From: Camelus dromedarius
Taxonomy: Eukaryota
Direction: 5' to 3'
Length of the DNA stretch: 64,000 nt
Assembly (NCBI RefSeq): GCF_036321535.1
Contig: NC_087436.1
Coordinates: 107,138,001-107,202,000, forward strand
This document shows positions 39,198-51,642 of this stretch, one piece after another. Position 1 is the stretch's first letter, and each line of letters starts with the position of its first letter. Made by a program: the position numbers and the translations under genes. Below the pieces are notes generated by a model, which was not told the DNA's origin, ran no database searches, and saw nothing but the letters and a program-made list of their open reading frames with translations.

Positions 39198-40689
39198 ATG
39201 TATAACTATGCTACTCACTGACTATTTTTTGTTTTGCAAAAGTTATTTTTCTTAAAAAATGTCATTTCTGTAAACAAAACAAAACAAAAAACCTTTAACA
39301 TTTAGGTTGACTGAAATAAAACAACAGTATGACACATCACATCAGTGTATTACCACTGACTTCTCATAAATCTCAAATTAGTAATAGTGGATACTGTAGA
39401 AGTAAAGTTGACTCATCCTTTCTTGCTCAATGGGAAATTTCTTCTGAAATTTCTGGCAGGTGCTTATAATTTGCTCTTCTTTCTGTAGATATTATGCACA
39501 CTGAAGTAGTTTATCTCCAAAAAAAAAAAAAAAAAAGAATTCAAGTCTGCTGGACTCGAACACCTCCTGATAGTGATTAAATAAATTTTTAGCGTGCAAT
39601 GTTAGCACTAAAATGAATTTTAGACGTCTCTTCTTTTCCAGTCCCTTTAGTGTTAGGAACAGTGAGGGTCAGAAGGTCTTAAAACCTGTTAGTTGTGTCA
39701 GATCTGGAGGAGACCCATCCTGATAACGTCTCTGTTTAAAGCACAGATGACCCTTTGCTTCACTTATTTGATATTTCAGTTGAAGTACTTTGAAGATCTG
39801 AATCATCTCAGAAAGTGATCCAATTCTGTTTCGGCAAGCACCAGCTGTGCCCACATATGGTGACTGAATTGATCTAAGACTTTAAATAGAGTCGAGTTGG
39901 CGAGCAGAACTGCCCAAATGATCCATTTCTCCAGTAAACACAGCAGTGAGATGCACCCTAGCTCAAGTGGTCAACACCATCCTTTAGCCCTAGCCTTATC
40001 TTCAGGAGATAGTGTATCATTATTCTATTTTAGAACATATATTTTAAAATATATATTCTGGTCGCTGATTAAAAACAAATTTCCTTCTGAGATTCTATTT
40101 GAAAAGTGTACTGAACCTTCCTGGAATTTCTGAATAAGTAATAACAATAAAATTGTTTCTTACATATGTAAAGAAGCGTGCTGTGTTTGCTGGCACTGTT
40201 GTCCCACTGGAACCTTACAGCCACTCATTAAACGAGGCACAGTGAGACTCAGAGAAGTTAAATGACTCACCCTGCAAAGTCCAGTTGTTTGAGTCTAAGT
40301 CTAGGATTCTTTCCACTGAGCGTGCTGCCAGCTGGAAAATTGCAACTGGACCCTCACACACCTTCTCATAGCTCATGTCCAGACTGGCCCTCTTCAGTCT
40401 ACCCCATCCTTCATCAATTCTGATAAGGCTGAGGGAGGAGAACCAGAGGGCAAGAGAGTTGGCACTAGGAAGAAAACCCTACCCTTTTCTTCTTCTCCTT
40501 TGGGGACCACGTTCTCAGGGAGAAAGTTTTCATCTCCAGGAATCTGAAGTACAAAGGATGTCACCACCCACAAAGGAAAAGAGAAATAACCAAAGACCCA
40601 AACTCTTGTCTAAAGAGGGTAAGGCTGTTATGCTCTGGTGCCATTCTCCTTCTCACTGCAAGATTGTTGCACACATAGCATCTTTGATT

Positions 40690-41030
40690 TAGAAAATACC
40701 TTCACCACCTTCCTATGGTTCCTTCAGCTCTCAGCTCCATAGTTGTTTCTAGAGAAAAGCTTTCCAGATCCTCCAGGGTAAGTCATACCTTACCTCTGTA
40801 AGCTCTCCTGACACCACACACTTGTTCTTCCTAGCATTTGTTATGATTATAATCGCACATTTCTAATGGTGTGATTTATAGATTAATGTAAGCCTCCTCT
40901 CCTGGATTACAGTATCCATCAGAGTTGAGATCATGTGTGGTCCATGATTGCTTCTCTAGTGCCTATCATAACATCTGGTGGACAGCAGATGTCTATAAAT
41001 ATCTGTCCAGTGAATGAATGAATAAGTGAA
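40690..41030 (+). mobile_element. L2 3' portion
   Basis: ctagtgcctatcataacatctgg..agcagatgtctataaatatc..tgaatgaatgaat. Confidence 0.75.
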
Positions 41031-42610
41031 TGAGCCAAGAGAATATAGAAGAAGAAAAGAATGTGCATCCTAGGGTCAGAGGCAGAGATAATTGGGGAAT
41101 TTGCAATTTTACAATAATGTTGAAATTTACCTGAATAGATGCAATGAGATATTTTAATTTTAGTTGTTGTTATTATTATCATATTATTATTTTAATATCA
41201 TTTTATAGATCTTTTTGGCTTTTGGTGGGTGGGACAGAGCAGAGATTAAGGGAGAGTTTGAGATAAATAGACAAAGAATTAAATAGGGAAATTATTTGAA
41301 GTAATACTTCTGGTTTTCTGCCCTAATAAATCAATAGTCAGGTTGTCAATATGACAAAGCATTATTCAAGGACTGAATTTCTTACCATTTCCCAAGAACA
41401 AAAAATCCAAATAGAGTATATTTCCAATTTACTCTTTCTTTGAATCCATTAAATAGCCTAAGACTTTGAACTCTGAAAGAATTGCCACAATCCAATTCAC
41501 TTTCATCACCAAGCCCTATACTCAGTTTTTAAACATTTCATTCTCGATGCTATTGTATTACAGTTCACAACAGAAATGTTTAATTCCCCCAAACACCTGT
41601 TTTTGCTCAAACAAAACAAAAGCCATCAATACAGTTCAAGTTCGGTAAATCCTATCTACAATCCCCATTATTTTCATTGGGAAATAATAACAAGTCCTGA
41701 ACCTGAGAATTGAATACTCCATTCCACTTCTGTAAAGATTTTCATCAGCAAAACCCAGAGCACTCAAGTATACAATGATGAGATTAGAGTCTGCTAAAAC
41801 TATTGCATTGTTTAAGCTATCAGATAGTGTTCATTCGACAATCTCTATGTTTCAAACCTAATGAAGTTATGGCCAGGATATATGCAAATTAAACCCTGTT
41901 GAGAAATACTGCATTGTCCACATCATGAGAAACCCTCATGTGGAAATGGATCATTTCTATGGCTGGGGGTAGCTAATTATTACTGGCAAAGGGAGGGAAG
42001 GTAGTCAGAGAAGGAAATGCAGGTGGAGGAGCAGGGCACCTGGAAAAAGCAGAGAATCAACAGAGATAAAAGGGGGCACTTGACTGCTGAGATGGAGAGA
42101 CAGAAAAATCCAAGTCACCCCCACCTATCTCCCAGCTGTAAAATCAGCCCAGGATCTGATGAAAAACATCATTAATTTCAATGTAATTAAATATCATTAA
42201 TAAGATGCTCTGGAGTGTGTGCTGCTTAGAGATAATGGAAGCCCCTGGGCATGACCTACGGGGAAGCTGTATCTCAGGATCACACTGGCTCTGGGCTTCC
42301 ATGCAGAGCTATGGAAGTAAAAGTTGTGCACTTAGTTAACTTTGTTTATTGACTTCACAGCTCTTTCAACAACATCACCTCCAATAAAAGAGATCAGAGA
42401 AGATGGTGCATGGCAGCCATAAAATTTATCTTCGTCGAATCAGTAGAAAACATTGCATTTCCTAAAGCCAACTCAGGCAACAAGTTCACCTTAACGAAAA
42501 CCCCTATAGATAAGTTCGAGGGAGGAATGCCTTTATAAATGGAAGAGCATCTTACAGGAGTTTCAGCTCTACACTCAGCTTATAAAATTATGTATAATCA
42601 AAATAGTTCT

Positions 42611-42738
42611 GGGGAAGGGTATAGCTCAAGTGGTAGAGTACACACTTAGCACACACAAGGTCCCGGGTTCAATTCCCAGTACCTCCTCTAAATAAAAATA
42701 CATGAATAAACTTAATTACCTCCCCCTCATAAAACAAA
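42611..42738 (+). mobile_element. Young tRNA-derived SINE (camelid type)
   Basis: A box tagctcaagtgg, B box ggttcaattcc, A-rich tail with aattacctcccc; TSD caaaatagttct at 42599-42610 and 42739-42750. Confidence 0.93.
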
Positions 42739-43029
42739 CAAAATAGTTCTGGATTGCACTGGCTTGGTGAGATGCCTGTTACATGTCTGTTACAATGGCT
42801 ATGAGGTTGCCCCTCTCTACTCCACAAGTGTGAGACTCAATTATGACTCCCTTGGGCTGGGGAGAGATGCACAGCACACAAGCACAGACCGGAAGAGCAG
42901 GAGTCTCATTCCTTGTTGAATTCTATATTCTTTCTCTCTAATTCTCTCCCTCCCTCCCTTCCTCTCTCTCTCTCTCTCTCTCCATAAATAAATGAATTCA
43001 GGAAAATGTAATGAACATCAGATGCTATT

Positions 43030-43510
43030 ACAGTGTATGCATCCCTCTGTCTGGAAGATCATCTCTCTCATCTGTGTTCTCACATCTCACTCCCTATACA
43101 ACCCACTCGTATCCAACACATCCTCTGACATTCCACTCGAGTCAATTCCCCTGACTCTCTAATTTAGTTGGCCTTCTTCTGGGTTCTCTTGAAATCCTGT
43201 GTGCCCCTCTATGCAATCACTTATCATGTCTAGAGGAATAATTGGTTTACACCACTCCAGCTGCACTAGACTAGGAGTTCAGCAGTCTGTGTCATATGTC
43301 TCTTTGTATCATTAACACTGAAAACAGTGCATGGCATCTGGGAGTCATTCAACAAATAAGGAAGAGAGGGAGGGAGAAAGAAGGGAAAGAAGAAAGAATG
43401 AGATATCTGTGTGACTTGAGCAATTTTTCACCCCAAGGGGTATCAATTTCCTCATCTGGAAAGTGATGGGGTGGCTACTTCCAATTTTGGAGATTAGTAT
43501 CTATGATTCT
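43030..43510 (+). mobile_element. L2 3' portion followed by a MIR3-like fragment
   Basis: cactagactaggagttc..cagtgcatggcat..caacaaat; tgtgtgacttgagcaa..tttcctcatctggaaagtg..ttctatgattct-like tail. Confidence 0.65.
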
Positions 43511-44159
43511 AGACTTGGAACAACCTCACTGAGACCTAACATCAGGCCAAAAAGAAGCAATTAAAGGAAATACTTTAGATAAGAAATAGGCTTTAAAAAT
43601 AATCCAATCAGCAGAATGCATCTCAAAATATGTGCACAGCTCTGAGCCACTATCTTGAACAGTTGGAAAGTAGCATGTTCAGCAGTGAAAAAAATCTCTA
43701 GGGACTTGGCCAATATGAACCCACAGATGTTCCTGTTGAAGTCAGCTGACGAGTTTCCTTCAAAGCCACGTTTAACCAGAGTCCTCAGTTCACCTCCGAG
43801 TCACAGCCCACCCTGCACCTTCGGCTTATAAAAATGGGAAGGAAGGAGAAAAAGAAAAAGGTGTCTCCTAACACAGACAGTACAACTCACACCTATGTGA
43901 TCTGAGAGCTGATGACCTCTCTCTTTCTAAAGAAAAGTCATCATTAGAAGTAAGAGTGCCAAAGCAATAGATTTACTCACTATTTTGTGGTTTCTCTTCA
44001 CTTATCATTCTTCCTCCCACGCCAGAAAAACCCTACCACTATCCCCAGGCAGTGGGTGTAGCGACTGGAAAGGGCATGGGATTTCTCATCAAGGGATTTT
44101 GTTGTTGTTGTTGTTGTTTTTACTGTGAGTAGGGAGCTTGGAAACGTGAAGAAGAAATA

Positions 44160-44370
44160 AACAATTTGTTGAGTGTTGACTCTGCAGCAAAAGCCTTATA
44201 TACCGTGTCTCATTCATTTTAAGCTTCAAAAGATCCCTTCTAGGAACTATTAGCATTTTACAGAGGCAGAAATGAAAGAAAAGAGATTTCAAAATACCTT
44301 ACTTAGTTCATCCAGTCAATAAGTGACAGAACCAGAATTTGAGCCTCAGCCTTGGAAGATACAAAGCCAC
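44160..44370 (-). mobile_element. MIR
   Basis: attttacagaggcagaaatgaa..aataagtgacagaaccagaatttgagcc. Confidence 0.7.
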
Positions 44371-44425
44371 CAAAATTCCTCCTAACCTTAACCCACCTGC
44401 TCAATCAATTCTTCTCCAGTTGCTC

Positions 44426-44625
44426 CAGAACTTCCCAAATGGAGTGCCAGCAGGTGTGAGTGGGCAGAGGGATACACTCAGATCTCAGGGAAGACTTGTG
44501 GGACCAGGGGACGCATGAGTTCCTGGACCCATTCTTCCAGTCACAAGTGGTTTCATCTGCTTAACTCAGGGCTCCAGACATAGAAGGCATATATGTGCCA
44601 TGATGTGAAAAATTTTGAAACACTG
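44426..44625. mobile_element. hAT-Charlie MITE (MER102-like)
   Basis: Imperfect TIRs cagaacttcccaaa / ttttgaaacactg; subterminal tgtgccatgatgtgaaaaa. Confidence 0.6.
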
Positions 44626-45049
44626 CTCTAGCCTCACCTCTGTCATCCTACGCACATGATGCTCCAGTCACATGAAGTAAGATAATATACTAACCTTCAC
44701 TTATAAATATATGCTTATACCACACCTGTGTGAATTTACTCATGATGTAGCCCCATAAGGGATGCCTTCCTTTTCTCTACCTAGTCAATCTGAACTACTT
44801 CAAAATTAAAGTTGAAATTTGACTTTAATTTAGAGAAAATGGCATATTCTTTCTTCTCAAGCGTTTTGATGGTACCTCGGTTAGGGTAGTCATCACATTG
44901 TTCTGTAATTTACAGGTGCATACAGCTGTTTCATCCACTTAAAGCACATAGGAGATATTCAATGGAGATAGGTTGCATGAATAAATAAATGGACTGTGGA
45001 GGGCAAAAACTGCATTTTAATAATGTTAGTGTTACCCTGAGCTTAGCAA

Positions 45050-45790
45050 AGGGGTAAACAAATCATAGCCCTGAGGCCATATTTTCTGTGGCTTGTTTTT
45101 TGTGGATTATTTTTGTTTTTATTTTCATTGATGTATAGTCAGTTTACCATGTGTCAATTTCTGCTGTACAGCATAATGTTCCAGCCATACATGTACATAT
45201 ATGTATTCCTTTCCATACTCTTTTTCAAATTTTCTGAATTTTTTAATTGAAGTGTAGTCAGTTACAATATGTCAATTTCTGGTGTACAGCATAATATCCT
45301 AGTCATACACATACATACATATGTTCTTTTTCATTATTACAAGACATTGAGTATAGTTCCCTGTTTCTGTATTTTAACTAAGATTTTTTCAGAGGAGTTT
45401 AGGCTCACAGCAAAATTGAGAGAAGGTAACTGTTTTTGTATTTTAATTAAGATTTTTTTAGAGGCGTTTAGGCTCACAGCAAAATTGAGAGAAGGTACAG
45501 ATATTTCCTGTAAGCTCCTGCTCCCCTAGGTGCATGGCTTCCCCTCCCATTACCCGCATCCCCTACCAGAGCGGTACATTTGTTACAATTGATGAACCTA
45601 CATTGACACCTCATAATTACCCAAAGTGGCTGTTTTTTTATAAGCAGCAGGCTAAGAATGGTTCTTACATTTTTTAAAAGTTGCTAAAACAGGAAGAAAG
45701 AATTAGTATGTGAGAGAGACTGTACGTGGCCTGCAAAGTCTAAAATATTTACTATATCAGGCCTTTTATAGAAAAGCTTGCCAACTCGCA
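45050..45790 (+). mobile_element. MER58-like hAT MITE interrupted by nested L1 fragments
   Basis: aggggtaaacaaatcatagccc start; gctaagaatggttcttacattttt..tggcctgcaaagtctaaaatatttactat..agaaaagcttgccaac end; antisense L1 pieces at 45105-45625. Confidence 0.8.
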
Positions 45791-45954
45791 GTATCTAAGT
45801 CAAGACAATCAGGGCTAATTGGTTAAATATATTATATATAAATAATTTGCCTTTTTAACTCTAACTTTGTTGTTTTTCAACCCAACCCTATCTCTGGTCT
45901 CAATTATACAATTTTTTCCTGTTACACACCACCCCCCACCAGGCAATATTTCTT

Positions 45955-46460
45955 AATTTATTGCTGAACTATAACACTCATACAAAAGAGGCAAAAATCA
46001 TAACTGTAGAGGTCAGTGAATTGTCAGTAAGTGGACACACCCATGGGACTACCACCCAGGTCGAGAAACAGAAGACTGCCAACAGATCAGAAAGCCCTAT
46101 TACCTACTCTCAGTCATTATTCTTTTCCTTAAAAGTAGCCATATCCATTACTTATAGCCCCGTAGAGTATTTTTGCCATTTATATAAAGTTTTTCATCTT
46201 ATATAAATGGAATAATACAGCATATAATCATTTATAGCTCAGTTTTTTGCTCAGTATTAGGTTTGTGATACTTTTGTACTTGGTTGTGGGTAACAGCAGT
46301 CTGTTCCTTTCCCTTACTGTACAGAACTCCATCATGTGTGCATTTTGTTTTCCTTCTTAATTTATTTTACTGTTGGTAGACCTTGTCATATTTTTTCTGA
46401 TTTGGGATTAATGCAAATAATTCTGCTTTAAATCTCCTTATATGTGCATTTTGAAGGCAT
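45955..46460 (-). mobile_element. Old L1 (L1ME-like) 3' UTR
   Basis: gacacacccatg..accacccaggtcgagaaacagaa..atataaatggaataatacag. Confidence 0.8.
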
Positions 46461-46569
46461 CTCTGATCACTTTTTCCACTCAGTTGAGTTCCCAGATGAT
46501 CACTGCTTCATCTCCTTGCCTCCCTCCAGCCAGCTCCTTCTCTGTGGTTATAGATCCTATAGTCCCTCA

Positions 46570-46790
46570 GGGAGGCAGAACAATGTGAGGTTAAGGGCTT
46601 AGAGTCTGGAGCTAGATCACCTGGATTTAAATCTGAATTTCCCACTGTCATCTATGTGATCTGGAATAAACTACCTACCTTTTCTACACCTTGATTTTCA
46701 CATCTGTAAAATCAGGACAATGAAATTAGTTGAGTTAATATTTGTAAACTACTTAGAGTGGTGCTTGACACGTAGTTCGTGGCATACATG
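46570..46790 (+). mobile_element. MIR
   Basis: ggttaaggg..tctggagctaga..ctggatttaaatc..catctgtaaaat..gtgcttgacacgtag. Confidence 0.8.
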
Positions 46791-47242
46791 TATTCCCTCA
46801 ATAACTAAAGAGTTATGCAGAAACAATTCTGCATATAGAAAGATGTTTTTGGTTTGAACCATTCCCATGACAAAGGTTAAATACTTTCTTCTATTTGAGA
46901 GCTATATATTTAGAGAAAAATATAATAGTTCAGAAATGGGAATCAAAATTAAACCACACAAAAAAAATTCCATAGCCTCAGGCTTCTTGTTTAGAAATAT
47001 ATTCTTCATGTACTCTACCCTCAATATACGACTGAAAAGCTAGGCAGCTTACAGGTGCTCAAAACTAACGTGTTGAATAAATGAAATAAATACTATGCTC
47101 CAAAAAAGGAATCAAAAAATTCTAACCATTGTAGTATCAAAATTAAAATCAGTTAACAAAATATCTAGCTTTTTTCATTTACCCAGTTTGTCAAACTACC
47201 TAAGAAATACTCTCTAATCCAAGTTAAAAACAAAGTATTTAT

Positions 47243-47732
47243 CAGCCGTAAAAAAGAATAAAATAATGCCATTTGCAGCAACATGGATGGACAAAGAAAT
47301 TGTCATTCTGAGTGAAGCCAGAAAGAGAAAGAAAAATACCATATGATATCACTTATATGTGGAATCTTTGAAAAAAAAAGGACATAAATGAACTTATTTA
47401 CAAAACAGAAAAAGGCTCAAAGACAGAGAACAAACTTATTTGGTCACCAGGGGGAAAGGGGATAGGAAAGGATAAATTGGGAGTTCGATGCTTGCAGATA
47501 CTAACTGCTATATATAAAATAGATAAATAAGTTTATATACTGCATAGCACAGGGAACTACATTCAGTATCTTGTAATGGCCTATAATGAAAAAGAATATG
47601 GAAAGAAATAATATGTATGTATATGTATGACTGAAACATTATGCTGTACACCAGAAATTGACATAATATTATAAACTGACTATACTTCAATAAAAAATGA
47701 TTAAAGATGCACAGAGTCAGAAAAAAAAAACC
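47243..47732 (+). mobile_element. Young camelid/cetartiodactyl L1 3' end with TSD
   Basis: aataatgccatttgcagcaacatggatggac (ORF2 end) through tgctgtacaccagaaattgac..cttcaataaaaa; TSD caaagtatttat at 47231-47242 and 47733-47744. Confidence 0.93.
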
Positions 47733-48274
47733 CAAAGTATTTATTTACAAATGATGTTCCCAGTACTGTAATAAACTGTGAAAGAACACAAGAGAAGTAT
47801 AATATACCATATTTTCCCTCAAATGCTTGCAATTTTGTTATTCATTCACTCTTCCTGTGTTTATTGATTGTCTTTTGGATTGTAGGCACTTGAAGGCTAC
47901 ACTTACACATATTAAATAATTAAAGAATATGCAATGAGAGCTACTCAGATTCTAAAACAAGGCTGTATTTGTTCCCAAACCAAAACAGAATGCCTTTCTG
48001 GAATGTCTTACTCAGAGATGTGCAAGCTATAATGACACCCCCGAACTTTATTTTAATTAGACTTTTGTTCTATATGGATGAAATTAATTTTCAAATTAAG
48101 TAATGCAATATGTTGATTTAGATGCATTTTTATAAAATAAAAATTTTATTTCCATCAGCTGTTTTTCCTTAGTCAATGGACAGCTCCTATTTCACTTGAG
48201 TCTGAGGCAAGGACCATTTATCTAATAAAGGATACTCAGAAAATACCAAGTGGAGAGAAGCAAAGGGGTGAAAG

Positions 48275-48475
48275 CAATGTAGAGCATGCAAATGCTTAAC
48301 AACAAACTCTCTGAAGAAAAGGGCCTGACGTGTATCATTTGCCCACTTCCATGATGTAAGTATTTCCAGCATGGCAAATTTTGATCACCCAGAGAGATGT
48401 CACTGAACACTGAGTTGCAAAAAAATGTGCCATCAGCTATCAGGGACCAATGCCAGCTGGCTCTAGCACACTATT
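48275..48475. mobile_element. MER63-like hAT-Blackjack MITE
   Basis: aaatgcttaacaac..tgtaagtatt..gatgtcactgaacac..ctggctctagcacac. Confidence 0.7.
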
Positions 48476-48489
48476 CAATGCAGAGTAAG

Positions 48490-48643
48490 GGAGCTTCAAG
48501 TTTCCTTTGAAGAACGACCCATCCTCCATGGCATGATGGACCAGACAGTGAAGGTGTCCCACCCTGTCTTGAAGAATAATCATAAGAACTGAGAAGGGTC
48601 AAATAGATTCTCTCTCCCTAGAACCTGAATCCTGAGTGGGCAC

Positions 48644-48674
<31 letters not shown>

Positions 48675-48885
48675 CGCTTGGAAGAAATCCCTAACAGTGC
48701 TCGCTCTCCAAACCTACCCCACACCCCACACCCAAGCTCTAATCCACCTAATTTATGAAAATCCTGGGTTTTCTGGGTCTCCCCCTGGTTCTATGAGATT
48801 TTTGAAATCATTCAAATAACTTTTTTCCCCTTAATCTGCTTAGAGTCAGTCTCTGACTTAGACAAGTAAAGCAACCAACTGAGTA
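48490..48885 (+). mobile_element. Very old MLT1 LTR containing a long poly-A tract
   Basis: agattctctctccctagaacctgaatc; tgcttagagtcagtctctg 3' end; similar to 53195-53575. Confidence 0.5.
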
Positions 48886-49099
48886 TTTACTAGCTTGTGA
48901 TCATGTGTATTTCAGCAATTGCACCACAACACTCTTCTCCCAGACTCATGCTGAGTCTTACGAGGAAGGAGATGCATGGAAGGAGTCAAACATAATTTAC
49001 TGACAAGGGCACAAGGTGGCACACCTTCTTTCCCACACTTTCTCATTATGCTGACTAATTACATCTAATATTAATAGAGAGTTTGGGTGGTGGAGGAGT

Positions 49100-49400
49100 G
49101 CTACATTAGATTAAAAGCTAAACTGCTACAACAAGGGGACTGGAAGCAACATGGGGGCTTAAAGGCAAAAGGACTTTATTCCTCCACCATAGTAGTTCCA
49201 GCGTGAGCAGTCTGGGTAGGGTGAGCTGCTCTGCTCCACTTGGTCACTCAGACATCCAGGCTGCTACCTTCTGCTGCTCCGTCTTTCCTTAGGCATGTGT
49301 TGTCACCTGTCTGATCGAAGTTGGGTTTCTCCCATATCCAGTTCCCAGCCATCAGGAAGCAGGTGGAGAACCAGGAGGAGGGGAGCAGGCATGCTCATCT
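49100..49400 (-). mobile_element. MLT1 LTR fragment
   Basis: ctaaactgctacaacaa..ggcttaaa..gtcactcagacatccaggctg. Confidence 0.6.
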
Positions 49401-49829
49401 TCCAAGTGCAAGAACTTTGCCACATAAGAAAATATAATGAATCAGTCATTCACGTATCTAGAGACAACTCAGTTACAATGGGAACGAGAAAGGAAGCACT
49501 GAATAAAAAACTAGCCATCTCCCCAACAAGAGCCTCTTAGAACCATTTGCTGTTACTGTTTTTTTTTAAAGAGCACAAGCACAAATTATAAATGTGAAAT
49601 GTGTTCCAAAAGATTAAAACAAAGACAGCTCGACATCCTATATGTTTTCTATGTAATAAGTTTACACAGGTCAGCAGTTCCAAACCAGAATGAAAAAATA
49701 CACGGGAACATCTTAACCATTTGTGAAATATACTGTAAGGAATCTGTTGGTAATAACCATCAAAGTATTAAAGGTTGAAAATAATTTATTTTTGAAAAAT
49801 TAGAGCCAGTTCAAAAATTATTTCTACAG

Positions 49830-50362
49830 CAATATTTCCTAAACTTCCATCATTCAATTAGTACTACCAGGATTTTCTAACTATATTATTATTGCAGCAT
49901 ATCTACACTATTATGACATATCTTGACCATTACTTACTTAAATCTTTTTTCTTTAAATGGAACTCATTTTTTGACTTGAATACATGTATTCATGAAGGAA
50001 AGTAATGTCACTATTATAAAGGAAAAACCAGCATCACTTGCCAAAAGAGATGATAAAATTAAAAATAAATAAAATCACCACTGTTGGTAGGTTTTACAAA
50101 GGTTGTTACTTACTAGATACAGTTGCTAGCTGAGAACTCTGAGTCAGAGCTGGGTTTTGAGATGTTCAAAAAGGAGATAGTAAAAACTGTTAGATGTTTA
50201 AAGAAACACTGGCAACAAGTTGAGTCACTCCCCTTGATGTAATCTAAGAATTGAAAGAGAATTTAAATATGATTAAGTGACTGTGTACCTTGATGTTATT
50301 TGATTCCTATCTATGAACTACCTAAAACCACTCTTTGCAGAACCAGGTCCTGAGGAAAATGC
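49830..50362. mobile_element. MER113-like hAT-Charlie element
   Basis: tttcctaaacttc..ggaaaaaccagcatcacttgcca..ctagatacagttgc..ccttgatgtaatc..ttgaaagagaatt..ctacctaaaacc. Confidence 0.75.
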
Positions 50363-51059
50363 CACTTTTACCCATTTGCACATGGATGTGCTTCTGTGAG
50401 TGAGAGAGAGAGGGGTAAAGTTACAGTCCACATACTGAGACATTCTAATAATCTTGCCAATGCCATGAGTTGAGAACAGCATCATTCATCTGTGTCCAGG
50501 TGGTAGACGGGGCAAAGAAATCCTGTCCTAAATCCAGCTATTGTCTCAGAGCCATGAACTGGAAAAAAAAAAAAAAGTCACAAAAGATTAGTCATCCATA
50601 CCCATGGGCCTCAAATCTGAACCATCTTTCCCTCTCAGGTGCTATTTGGATGAAGTCTGACTTCTTGACTTTAGAGGGCTATTTTCCACTATCAGAGCTC
50701 TTTGACGTGCTCTCCAGAATGTGTGTGTCAGATGCCGCCTCAAATGTTTTAATCAACCAAACACTCCTCCTTTGAAAAGAAGATGATTTGAATATCTGGT
50801 CGGCAAACCTAACCTATAATTATGCTGAGTATCTGACTGCCTTTGATATTCCTAAACTTATACTGCGCTCTGGGAAAACATGTTCCTTTTAGAAACAGAC
50901 AGTCATGAAGCATGAAAATAGTGATGGCAGCCAGTCTGTCTCTTCAAGTGGCATTCAGTTATTGCTAGTCATCATGGCTATGAAAAGGAAAGGCTTCAAC
51001 TCCCAAAAAACACCAGAACAATGGAACACTATGGCCACAGATAGACTAGACCGTGTAAG

Positions 51060-51642
51060 AAAAGTGCAGCAGAATATGTCACCCCGAAATATGGCACTTG
51101 GACCTAAGGAATTTTCCGAGCTGAAGGCAATTGAGAAGAAGCAGATACAAGAAAAGCTCTCTGGTCTCCATCTATTTGCCCCAAAGTGGGACATAATTTG
51201 TAAAGGGATCCCTTCTGCCCTATCAGGAGGGACAGAAGTTAATCCCTGGAGACAACTCTAGGCTCGCATCAGCCCAGACACTCTCAGAGGAATCTATATA
51301 ACAAATCTTCCTAAAACTAGCCCTTGTCTACCCTTAGTTTCCTTATATCTTTGCCTTCACACAATGTGCCTCTCTTAGAAGCTCAAAGTCCCTCTTCTTT
51401 GTCTTCTCACTTCCCTACAAAATTGTCATTCTTTGCTAAGATTCTACATAAGCTCGAGTTCTAACCACCCCCTTTGAGTTAGTCATCACTGAGTGCTCCC
51501 ATATATATATATGCAACATTCGTGTTTATAAACTTGTTTGTTTTTCTCCTGTTCATCTGCCTTCTGTCAGTCTAATTTACAGGGACCCAGCCAATGAACC
51601 CAAGATGAGATAAAGAGAAAAGAATGTTTGTCCTCCCCTACA
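51060..51642 (+). mobile_element. MER34-like ERV1 solo LTR
   Basis: cagaatatgtcaccccgaaatatg..gagctgaaggcaattgagaagaagcagat; ends tcctcccctaca; flanked by a possible 4-bp TSD taag. Confidence 0.85.

Noticed and set aside
42611..42690. tRNA gene
   Set aside because: It has A and B boxes but continues into an A-rich SINE tail, is bounded by a TSD and has a second copy at 58441, so it is a SINE.
50905..51261. 118-aa plus ORF
   Set aside because: Runs from unique flank into the MER34-like LTR, with no coding features.
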